A DNA stretch of 61,362 nucleotides, the filler included. It is 8 parts of 8 records of this genome, joined end to end, with 100 filler letters (N's around TTAATTAATTAA, not from the genome) between each part and the next. Parts side by side here need not be neighbours in the genome. Positions count along the whole stretch, not along the records: positions 35,047 to 40,792 come from SRR31147125_23214; positions 40,893 to 51,698 come from SRR31147125_23237; 6 more parts are not named here. One strand, 5' to 3'. Under the pieces are notes generated by a model. That model saw nothing but the letters and a program-made list of their open reading frames with translations. It made no database searches and was not told the origin of the DNA. The position numbers and the translations under genes are program-made. Of this stretch, positions 38,736 through 49,900 are shown piece by piece; position 1 is the stretch's first letter; every line of letters starts with the position of its first letter.

Positions 38736-40511
38736 ATGCACGGTTTTTACGGGAAAATATTGAGAATCGATCTGAACGATCGATCGTTCAAAGTTGAAAC
38801 GGTTTCTGAAGAGATTTACAAAACTTACTTGGGCGGCAAAGGGTTGGCGTCTTGGCTATTGTACCGGAATGCCCCTGAAGGGGTCGATCCTCTGGCACCG
38901 GAGAACCCCATTATTTTTGCCACAGGTCCTGTGGGGCAAAGTTCCATTTGGGGATCGGCAAGATACGGCGTTTTCACCAAATCCCCGCAAACCGGATTCT
39001 ATTCCGAATCTTACTCCGGAGGAAAAACACCGGAAGCAGTGGATGCGGCAGGCTACGATGCCGTCATCATCCAAGGCGCTTGCGATACTCCGACGGTTCT
39101 CGGCATCGGACCGGAGGGTGTCAAATTCCATGATGCCGAAGCGCTTTGGGGAATGGAGACCTACGAAGCCGAAGATACCGTGATCAAGCAGTTTGCCGAA
39201 CCGTCGGGATACAAAAAGAAAGGGGCCGTGGTGATCGGGCCTGCTGCGGAAAATCTGGTAGTATTCGGTGTCATCGAAAACGACTATTGGAGATCAGCCG
39301 GTCGAACCGGTGTGGGAACCATCCTGGGCGCCAAAAAAATCAAGGGGCTGGCTTTTTACGGAGATGCCAAGCGTGAACCATTTTCAAAGGAGAAAGTCAA
39401 AGCGGTCACCAAAAAGATCACAACCCTATCAAAAGATCATCCCGGCGTAAACGCTTACAAGAGCTTCGGCACTCCCATAATGGTCAATATGCTCAACGAT
39501 GCAAAAGCATTTCCCACCCGATATTGGTCCGAAGGTGAATGCGAGCACAAAGAGAAAATCAACGCCGATGCCCTCCACTCCCAGTGCGACGTCAAAGCCA
39601 ATGCCTGCGCCAAATGTCTCATGGCCTGCGGACGCCTTACCACCGTCAAAGAGGGGCGTCATGCCGGGCTTAAAATTGAAGGGCCGGAGTATGAGACGCT
39701 ATACGCATTTGGCGGTCTTTGCATGATCGACAGCGTGGAAGAGATTTGCCACCTCAACGACATCTGTGATCGTTTGGGAATGGATACCATTACCGCCGGT
39801 AATCTGGTGGCTTTTACCATGGAAGCGGTGGAACGTGGAAAGGTCGCTTATGAGATCAAGTACGGCGATGTCGATGCTTCCGTCAAACTGCTCCATGAAA
39901 TTTCCAATCGTGAAGGCATTGGTGATATCCTTGCCCAGGGCATCAAACATGCCGCAAAAGTGTGGGATCTGGAAGACGTCGCCGTTCATGCCAAAGGCAT
40001 GGAGCCTGCCGGATACGATCCACGCGTACTCAAAGGGATGGGCCTTGCCTATGCCACATCCGATAGAGGCGCCTGTCACTTGAGAGCCACCTTCTACAAA
40101 CCGGAGCTGGCCGGAATGATCGAGCCTGACCAAATCGAAGACAAAGCAAAGCTTTTCTTGGATTTTGAAGATCGCCTAACCCTTTTCGACACCTTGATTC
40201 TTTGTCGATTCTACCGAGATCTCTATGGGTGGGAGGGGCTTGGAGAGATGATTCATGCCGTCACCGGAGTGGATGGAAGCCAGGAAAATTTACAGAAAAT
40301 CGCCAACTCAGTCAGCAATATTGTCCGTCAATTCAACTTACGGGAAGGGTTGACGCCGGAAGATGATCGGTTGCCCAAGGGCCTTCATAAAGCATTGAAA
40401 AAGAGCGGTGCCACCCTCACCGAAGATGAGCTTGAAACCATGCTGCAGGACTATTACAAACTCAAAGGGTGGAATGAGAAAGGTGAGCTGCCCCAGGAGA
40501 GCTGTGTATAA
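38736..40511 (+). CDS. aor: Aldehyde:ferredoxin oxidoreductase family (W/Mo-pterin)
   Basis: GKILRIDL, YLGGKG, KSPQTG, CAKCLMAC, GPEYET, GMDTI, DRGACH and FNLREG; ATG 38736 after AAGGAG. Confidence 0.93.
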   Translation: MHGFYGKILRIDLNDRSFKVETVSEEIYKTYLGGKGLASWLLYRNAPEGVDPLAPENPIIFATGPVGQSSIWGSARYGVFTKSPQTGFYSESYSGGKTPEAVDAAGYDAVIIQGACDTPTVLGIGPEGVKFHDAEALWGMETYEAEDTVIKQFAEPSGYKKKGAVVIGPAAENLVVFGVIENDYWRSAGRTGVGTILGAKKIKGLAFYGDAKREPFSKEKVKAVTKKITTLSKDHPGVNAYKSFGTPIMVNMLNDAKAFPTRYWSEGECEHKEKINADALHSQCDVKANACAKCLMACGRLTTVKEGRHAGLKIEGPEYETLYAFGGLCMIDSVEEICHLNDICDRLGMDTITAGNLVAFTMEAVERGKVAYEIKYGDVDASVKLLHEISNREGIGDILAQGIKHAAKVWDLEDVAVHAKGMEPAGYDPRVLKGMGLAYATSDRGACHLRATFYKPELAGMIEPDQIEDKAKLFLDFEDRLTLFDTLILCRFYRDLYGWEGLGEMIHAVTGVDGSQENLQKIANSVSNIVRQFNLREGLTPEDDRLPKGLHKALKKSGATLTEDELETMLQDYYKLKGWNEKGELPQESCV

Positions 40512-40792
40512 ATTCGCTCCGGTACTTATAGCTCATTTTATCGGTTCATAGATATCCAATGATAAAACGATAGCCCTGAGATCCATAAGTAACGATGAAC
40601 AAATGAATCTTTGGGCTATTTAAACATCGTAAAGATAATGACACACCCGACACCCTTCCGGGGCAGTCGACCAGCGCCTTTCCGGTACTATCTTTCGAGA
40701 CATTGGGAAAGAGTTTTCCCCATTCATTATAGGTTCGATCTGAGGATGGGGTGGGCTTACTTTTTACATAAGGAATCGGTTTTTAATAACTT

Positions 40793-40892
40793 NNNNNNNN
40801 NNNNNNNNNNNNNNNNNNNNNNNNNNNNNNNNNNNNTTAATTAATTAANNNNNNNNNNNNNNNNNNNNNNNNNNNNNNNNNNNNNNNNNNNN
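40793..40892. other. Artificial contig spacer
   Basis: N44-TTAATTAATTAA-N44. Confidence 0.99.
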
Positions 40893-42841
40893 TCTATCGT
40901 TTGATAGAGGCAAAGGGGCGCGAATCGGCAGCCACCAGGAGGCAACATAGGGATGTGGAACTACCGATGGTTAAAGAGATTCCCGCAACCAACCAAACCT
41001 TACAGCGCTATACACAAACTTACACTTACGACAATGTGGGTAATATTGAGAAAATGCACCATTCCATACCTGCCGATACAAGCAAAAACTGGATTCGTGA
41101 ATATAAATACGATGAACCCAATAGCCGCCTATCACGCACCAGCCGGTCAGGTGTCGCTGGGTTTGATACATACAACTACGACACCCACGGTAATATGCTC
41201 AACATGCCACACCTGCCAACAATGCATTGGGACTATAAAGATCAACTTTCCAAAGTAGACCGGCGTGTTTCCGAGTTGGAAGATGGAACTCAAATTATTT
41301 ATGAGAATATTTTTTATCGCTACGACAGCCAGGGCCAGCGGGTTATTAAGAAATATGTTCATGATAATATCACAGATGTTCGCATTTATCTGGGTAGCTA
41401 TGAAATTTATCGCCGCTATAACAATGGCAGCGGTGATCCAAAAGATGAATTGCACAGCCTGCACATTATGGATGATCAACAGCGCGTTGTTATGGTTGAA
41501 ACGCAGACCCGAAAGGACGGTTCATCAGTTTTAAATCCAACCAACAGAATTCGATATCAATTCAGCAATCACCTGGGTTCGGCCTGCCTGGAATTGAATG
41601 AAAATGCTATAGTTATCACTTATGAAGAGTATCATCCCTATGGCACGACAGCCTATCAGGCGCATTTGCAGGGAAGTGGAGTGAGCCAGAAGCGATACCG
41701 CTATACAGGCAAAGAGCGAGATGAGGAGTCCGGGCTTTATTATTATGGAGCGAGGTATTATGTGGCCTGGCTGGGCAAGTGGATAGCAGCGGATCCAGCA
41801 GGGATTGTGGATAGAAGTAACCTTTATGAATTTGTCATGGGTAATCCCATTACTAATAATGACTTAAATGGAATGGTAACAAAAATTATTAACCAGAATG
41901 AACTTAATTTTCCCCCAATGCTGATCGAAGGACATGTGAATTCAACAAGTTACCCCGAAAGACCACGAGAAAATGATTATGATTTTTCCCAAGATTGGGA
42001 TAGGGAAAACTGGAAAAATGATATTGAGGTATGGAAATCAAATTTAGCTGAAAAACAAGGCGAAGGCGTGTGGAAAAAAACTAAAGCTGCTCTTGGTTTA
42101 TGGTTTGGTACTGCTGTTGCGGCTGCTGGTTCAGTTGCAACTGGAGGTGGGGCCGCTGCATTTCTAGGTACCTCTGCAATTGAAGGCTCGCCAATTATTG
42201 CAAGTGGAGTCATTGGTGCATCCGCTGGTATTGGAGGTGAGGGAGCAAGTATGGTATATGAACGTGCTCTAGGGGCGGAGTTCTCAAGTAACGAAGTTGT
42301 TTCACGGCTTGCACTAGCTGGAGGCGTTGGAGGTGTTCTTGGTGCAATGGGTGGTGCTTTTACAAAGTATGGTAAGCACTCAAGTGCAAAAATGAATCGT
42401 GCGGTGCAAGCGGATGTAAAGAATCCAATTATAATATCAGGAGAGTCATATTGGGCACCTCAGACTTCCACTGGCGGAATTAAAGGAACTGCGACTTCTG
42501 TCAAATTTACAGAACCAACCATGATCCAGAGAGGTTCAGGTGGGACAGCAACTCCCTATGGGAGATATGCTGGATCGGGAGATGAATTTAGTTTAGCTGT
42601 CCTACCTGAATGGGGGAATAAAATGAATCCTGGATACGTGTATGTCAAAGCAGGTGCTCAGTCGACTGTTGAGGTTGTTGCACCACAATTTTCTAAACAA
42701 GCTAACAAATGGTATCCAGGAGGTAATTTGCAGTATGTATTTAAGCAGCCTTCTGTCTCAGTTGCAGGTGGCAAAAAGATATATTTACACCCAGATTATA
42801 TAGGTTATGGTGCCGCTGGTAAGAGTAGTTGGAAAAGGTAA
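40893..42841 (+). CDS. TcC-type Rhs protein: Rhs core plus a variable C-terminal toxin region of about 322 aa; 5' end truncated
   Basis: YRLIEAKGRE, YTYDNVGN, YQFSNHLGSACLEL, YEEYHPYG, KRYRYTGKERDEESGLYYYGARYY, DPAG...NLY and NPITNNDLNG, then unrelated sequence from 41873. Confidence 0.93.
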
Positions 42842-42867
42842 ATCAAGCTAAAACAGGAGAAAAAACC

Positions 42868-43092
42868 ATGGCAACAGAAAAAGTAAAAAAAGCCGCACAA
42901 CACATCATCGAAGACCGTCACGGTGCGGATTATTACCAGGATACAAAAGAATTGGCGCGTTACCTGAAAGGCGCGCTCAATCTGACTTCTGAAGAAGCGG
43001 AACGCACTGCCCAAGCCATACAGGAAGATCGGAATGGATCAAATTATTATGAAGATGTTGATGTCCTTGCAAACTTTTTAGATCGTTCATAA
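42868..43092 (+). CDS. 74-aa protein made of two tandem repeats; candidate immunity protein
   Basis: RBS AGGAGA; ATG 26 nt after the Rhs stop. Repeats are AQHIIEDRHGADYYQDTKELARYL and AQAIQEDRNGSNYYEDVDVLANFL. Confidence 0.7.
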   Translation: MATEKVKKAAQHIIEDRHGADYYQDTKELARYLKGALNLTSEEAERTAQAIQEDRNGSNYYEDVDVLANFLDRS

Positions 43093-43379
43093 TTCATTTC
43101 CATTTTTTATCAATAGCACACTCCATGTGGATGACCAAACTTGATAATTTTATCGTGATTTATTTTTATTAAATAGAAGTCGACAATTAACTTTTTTAAA
43201 AACAATCAGGATTTTTATCACATAATTTATATTTCTATTATCTGCCTGCTTGCTCGGGTATATCACCAACCAGATTGGCAGTGTGGATTTGGATGAAATA
43301 TATGATCACGTTAAACACAACCAGGATAAGCAACTGGAAGAGGTTAAAATGATGGAAATCAAAAACAGGAGCCACAATA

Positions 43380-43898
43380 ATGGAAAAATCAATGACGATG
43401 TTATCATTTGAATATAGTGGTCGTGCTACGAGCATTAATTCAGAGCCAGTATCAGAAGAAATTGCGCTTGGCGCGGCAGCGATGATGAATAAGTCCAGTC
43501 CAGAGATAATTGGATATCTCGAGACAAAAATTAAAGCCTACTTACCGCCAACTGTAAATGTTCAAGCACAAATTGAATTCCGAAGTGGAAGTTTAGTGTG
43601 GACAGGGCTTATTTTGGTACTCGATTGGAGTGGGCGTCTTTCGGCAGCTGTAGGATTGGCCCAATATTTAGTTAGAGTCATTAATTTCACTGTAAATAGG
43701 ATTATTCGAGAATCATCTCCAGAAAATTACACAATAGACAATCCTGAAACTGATACAAGTTTAGTTGAAGAATACGCAGATTCAAGGGTGGTTTCACAAC
43801 CGACGTTAATAAAACGTTTTGCTTACTTAATGGTTGGCAATCTGACATTATCTCTAGTGATTATCATTTTACTAATCGTAAAATATTTTAAACCGTAA
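43380..43898 (+). CDS. Hypothetical membrane protein, 172 aa
   Basis: RBS AGGAG; central hydrophobic stretch and a C-terminal TM helix (LMVGNLTLSLVIIILLIVKY). Confidence 0.7.
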   Translation: MEKSMTMLSFEYSGRATSINSEPVSEEIALGAAAMMNKSSPEIIGYLETKIKAYLPPTVNVQAQIEFRSGSLVWTGLILVLDWSGRLSAAVGLAQYLVRVINFTVNRIIRESSPENYTIDNPETDTSLVEEYADSRVVSQPTLIKRFAYLMVGNLTLSLVIIILLIVKYFKP

Positions 43899-43948
43899 AT
43901 CGACAATCAAGTCGATTGTTTTCCAAATAGAATGACTTGGAGGGACAT

Positions 43949-46900
43949 GTGAAATTTCAAGTAGAACAACTTAAAAAAGGACTCCGTAATTACTACACTT
44001 ATCAGCTGCAACGGTTGCTCAAACATGAAGCAGGACTCCTAATTACCGATCCGACAGGTCACTTCGGAGAATCCACGGACAAAGCCATAAAAATATTGCA
44101 GGGAAACAACCAACTTGACCAGACGGGCAAAATTGACCCGAAAACGCTGCAAGTCATTGAAGAACTATGGGTACGTTCCGGCCTTGACGATGACCTTAAT
44201 TATATTTTGAAAGGCAAGATTCTTGACAAGGATACACAAAACCCATTAGCTGGTATGCTCGTTGAAATCTGGGATGAAGATGGCCAGCGCTCTGAACTAG
44301 TCGGCTGTGACACCACAGATGTGAAGGGGAAATACGAAATTTCCTTCGATCAGTCCGATTACATGCATGATCCCACTGATTTTTTACCGGATGTTTATTT
44401 CATTATTCGCACTCCCTCCAGATTGGAAATCCAGAATACTAAAGATAAGCCTGAAAAGGAGCTTTTGCCGGGGAGTTATGTGTATAATCTGGCAGTTGAT
44501 AAATTACAGGCTAGTGAAGAAGATGATAAAAAACGGAGTGTGACTGGCCGAGTTTTGGATCCAGATGCCAATCCAATTGAAAATGTCAACGTTGTCACCT
44601 ACCACGAAACGATGGAAGAATTGAAAATTCTAGGTCAAGAGAAAACTGATGTTAATGGCCATTATACTATTGAGTACTCTATTCGGAATCAAAATGTCGG
44701 AATTGATCTACGGGTTCATGCCTATCAAGACCAAAATGATAAACCCGAAGCCATATCGAGATTAATCCTAAATGCGCGAAAAAAGGAATCTGTCAGTTTG
44801 GTTATTGGAGATCAGCCATTCAAAGGACAAACAGAGTTTGATATAGTCCATTCTTTATTAGCACCTCTTGTGAATAATATTGATCCTAAAAAAGTCAGAG
44901 ACAGGAATCTTGAGCTTTTAGCCCGCAAAACCAGACTCGCGCGGATCCAGGTGATTCATTATGTGAAGGCATTGCGCGTTTCAAAAGAAATTGATCTGTC
45001 GGCAGAATTGTTTTACGGACTTGCTTGTGAGAATATTTCTATTGCTTTGCCGTTGCTTATAAATCAGAATTTTACCGTTTTAAAGGAGGCATTAAATGCA
45101 GCAATTAAACGGCGTGTGGTTTCAAAAAGAGTGCTGAACCACCTCAAAAATCTCGAAAAAAAGCTTTTTTCAGCAGCGATTAAGACAGCGCAATTAAGTT
45201 CTGAAGATAAGGATCGTGCATCCATTTCTTCAATTCTTCGCATTGTGAAAATCCCAGATGAGTTACATGAAAATATTGTAACAAACGCTATAAAGTCAAA
45301 AAAGGAAAAGCAGCCTAGTGAGGCTTTTTGGAAGAGTTTACGGGATGATAACAATTTCGATGATAAGTATGTTGATGCAATTCAAGAAGGATTACAGCTA
45401 AGTATCATTGCCCAGAATCACAATCCAATGATTGTCGCGCTTTTAGAAATTCGGAGGCGGGGTAGTTTTGAAAACACATCTATCGGCAGACTATCAGACT
45501 TTGCCCAATTATCAAAAGATCAAATGTTAACGATGATCACGCGTGGTGTCGGTGATGGGCCTGTTGGCGTTCCGAAGCAGATTCACGGCGAGTCAGAGTC
45601 AGAAAGGGCTGAGACATATGCGGATAACATAGTAAAATTATTCGAAACCGCTTTTCCAACAGCAGTATTTGCTGAACGCCTTTCAAAATCAAACATGAAT
45701 TTTACTGCACAAAGTGATCTGTTGACCTTTTTCAAGAACAACCCAGCGTTCAGGTTCAGCGGTAAAAAAATAAATCAATTTTTCAAAACAGAAGGTCCGG
45801 ATTTATCAGGGATACAGGACGAGCAAAAACTCCGGAAAGAGTTGAAAAGCTGGCAAAGGATTTACCATCTTGCTCCATATAAGAATAGACACGATGTTAT
45901 GTTTGCACTCAAGGAAAACGGACTGGATTCTGCTCATGTAATCCATTCGCTTGGAAAGGCAGCCTTCCTGAGAAAGTGGAAAAAAATGTTCCCAGCCAAT
46001 GGTGGTAATGGCGCAGACATTGAAAAGGTTATAGAGAAGCAGGTATTGCAGATTTATTTCAAGTCAGCAATGATTTCTGGTGCTATTACCAATGTATTTG
46101 CAAAATATAGCTCGTGGTCTCGTGATAGCAATCCTTTTGCTATACAAGGAAATATCGATCCTCGGTTTATAGCGACACTGAGCAGTGAACTAGGTATCAG
46201 CGAAGCCAATCTCAATACACTTTTCGGCAATCAGGATTATTGCCAATGCGAACATTGTCGATCTGTCTACAGTCCGGCTGCCTATTTTACGGACCTCTTA
46301 CTATGGCTGGAAAATCGCGAGGCACTAGCACCGTTTGCAAATGCGTTGGAATCTCTCAAGTATCGCCGATTGGATTTAACGAAAATCCCACTCTCCTGCA
46401 ATAATACAAATACCATGCTTCCATATGTAGACCTTGTTAATGAAGTATTAGAAAATGCTGTGGCTCATGGGGCTACTTATGTAAACCCGGACGATCATCT
46501 GGAAGATGATGGAACTATTCATGATAATCCTTACATCGATTCGGGCGGATATATAAAAGATGCAATCCCTGATGATGTATTCACTACTGAATGGACAGCA
46601 AAAGAATTGGCCGCAAATCCTGAACACATGAATGAAGATGCGTACAAGATCCTGGCTAAAGCCCAATATCCCTGGGCTCTACCTTGGGATTTATGGCTTG
46701 AGGAGGGGAGAGTATACTTAAACCATCTCGGTGTAGGTCTCTATGAGCTACTTGAGATAGTTTGGGGCGAGTCGAGGCAGGAGCAGTTAACGGACGATAC
46801 AATTGCCCATGAAATCCTGGGCCTAACAGAATTAGAGTATAAATTAGTTACCAATAATTTAAGCTCGGCACTTGAGCCATGGGAATGGTTCGGATTGCTG

Positions 46901-49900
46901 GAGACAGGGAACGTTGTCCCAAATCCCGATGACCCTGTTAATCCTTTTGAAGATATTACGTATCAAGAAGCAACGCGCTATGTTACTGTTTTTATGAAGC
47001 AGGCAGGTTTGTGGGATGAGCATGAGTCCGGAGGAGCAGAAGGAGAGCGATTTAAAGTGCTGCTTGACATCCTGGATACGAATTTTATACAGCAAACAAC
47101 CAGCGATTCTGGCGAACTTATTCACGTCGAATGGATGGATGATCCATGTGATCTCTCCCGGGCAATGATCGTAAATATGACAGATATCACGCTGGAAAGA
47201 ACTGCCCGTTTTGAAATGCTTAGAAGAAACCTGGGGTGGACAGCCCATGAATTAGATTTGGCCATCAGCTCTTTCGGTGCAGATGACATTGATGAAGAAT
47301 TCATAAGGCAACTTTCACATGCTAAACGGTTGTTGGATAAATTTAAAAGGATTTCTATAGAAGAGCTTTTAGTCTGGTGGGGGAAAATTGATACGCGCCG
47401 ATGGATACCGCAGTACAGGGAGCCCAAGGCAAGATCTCTCTATGAGCAACTTTTTCTCAACAAAGCCGTTCAGAATCCAACTGAAACGGATTTTAATCTT
47501 AATGAGGCTAAATCGGAGCTGGCTACAACGGGGGCCACAATCAGCGACCACAGTTCAACGGTGACCGCTGCCCTCAATATTACTGAAGAAGATTTGATGT
47601 TGCTTCTGGAAAATGATGACGTAAGTAAACCAGGGCAAGTTGCTAATGAAATGAACTTGGCGAATCTTTCCGCACTTTTTCGAATAGTCTCCTTTAAAAA
47701 TGCTTTGAAACTCTCTGTTCGAGAGTATTTGTCTCTGCGCATGCTAAGCAATATGGACCCATTCGATGCTGCCAATTCATTTAACACTATATTGTTTACA
47801 GAATATGTCGATTCAATCAAAGAATCGGAATTCAGCATCCAACAACTCGACTATTTGTTAAGACACGAGTTTGAACCGACTTCACCCATAGCTGAATGGC
47901 CCGCGCGAGGGGAATCACTCATCAACGAAATGGCAGTTGGCTTACAACGGATTTTTACCGAGACAGCTCTTGTTGAAGATCCTACAGGCGAATTACTGAA
48001 AGATAGGTTGAGTCTGATCCTTCCAGCAGAAGCAATCGAACAATCTTTTGCGATCATCAATGGAACAGAAGATCAATTAGATGCAGATGAACAAAAAGCA
48101 TTTATCGATCAATATTTTAGCCTCTTCATATCAAATGAAGATGTTTTAAAAGAGATAAAGGATGCGTTGGTTGATCATCCACCTGCTCCTGAGGGCTTTG
48201 ATCTAACCGAAGCGAGTGCCCTTGTTTTGCAGCCATTGGTGGCGCATTTGCGCATCATGCTGAGTGAATCCCTTATTAAGCAGCTCTTGACTGATGTTTT
48301 AGAAATTGATGCGGACGTGCTTGTGTCATTGCTTAAGGAAGGGATTAAATCTCAGCAAGATGATAATATCCCGGTTATGCAAGACTTTATGGCTCTGGCC
48401 GAAAATGGGCTTACAGGTAAATATTATCACGGAATCACAGAAGGTGAAGGTACATTAAATACAAGTTCAAACACATATATTGATAAAAGAATTGATTCGA
48501 CTATAGATTTCGATTGGGAAACAAAATCTCCATGGCAGGATTTGGTGAATTCAGATAACTTTAGTATTATATGGACCGCGAAACTGAGGATTGAAAAAAG
48601 TGAAAAATATACATTTTATACACGTGTTGATGATGGCATTAGGTTATGGGTTGATGACAAATTGCTTATTGATGAATGGCGTGACCAGCCAGCGACGGAA
48701 TTCGAAGCGAAAATTGAATTAGAGGCAGGAAGATTATACGATATTCGGATCGAGTTTTATGAAAAAGCAGGTCATGCCGTTGCCCAACTCAGTTGGAGCA
48801 GTCCATCCATACCTAAGCAAATTATTCCTTCCGGCCAATTTATGCCATCGCATATCTTTGAGAATGCATTGAATTCGTTTATTCTTTTGCAAAAAACTGC
48901 CATGGTAATAACAGGCTTTAGTCTCAGTGTGGAGGAAATTGGTTATCTCGATGGAAATAACCTCCTGGATGATTTCGATTTTAATGATTTACCGGTAAAA
49001 TCAGGTGGTTATGATTCCAGATTATTCAGGCAATGGCAAAAGCTACAAAATTTGTTTGCTTTCCGTGATAGGTTTCCAAGGGGAGATGTACGATTTGTCG
49101 ATATCTTGAACGCCGATAGTTTTGCAGCAGCAAAAGCGCAGTTGGCAGAATTCATTGATTACGATATAAATGATGTAGAAAGTCTATTCAAAACTTTTGG
49201 GATTGACGATATTGATAGCCTTAAGAGTGATGACTTTTTTGTTAGGACAAGTCGTCTTTTGAACCTTCAAAAACGGCTGGGTGTCACCGTTGATAAATTG
49301 ATTAGTTGGGGGTGGCAAGACCCAGTAGAGGACGGCGAATTGGACTTAACTAAGACATATCTTGGCGCAGATATTTCTGAGGATATCCTTGAAGCAGATG
49401 AACGTGACAGACGACTTGAGTTTAAAAAACGCGTTTCTACTCAATTAAAAGAAGCTGCTAAAGCAAAATATGGTTCAGAGCAATGGCTTGAAATTGCCCG
49501 TTCTTTGCGGGATCCGCTGCGTGATTTGCAGCGTGATGCTCTGGTGGCTTACCTGCTGAACGAATTCAATTTTGATAGACCCAGTCAGCTATATGAACAC
49601 TATTTGATTGATACCGAGATGAGCTCCTGCATGCTCACTTCCAGGCTCAAACAGGCAATTAGTTCTGTGCAATTATTTATCCAACGAAGTTTAATGAACC
49701 TCGAGAATCATGTCATACTGGATGAAGAAGACGGTAGGGAGTGGCAATGGCGCAAGAATTACCGCGTTTGGGAAGCGAACCGTAAAGTCTTTCTTTATCC
49801 TGAAAACTGGATAGAACCGGAGCTTCGCGATAATAAAACACCATTTTTTGAAGACCTCGAGAGTGAACTTTTACAGAATGAAATTACAACAGATACTGTT

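Noticed and set aside
43223-43411. Short open frame (...GYITNQIGSVDLDEIYDHVKHNQDKQLEEVK...) as an orphan toxin or immunity remnant
   Set aside because: No convincing start or RBS, it overlaps the next gene, and I recognise no similarity.
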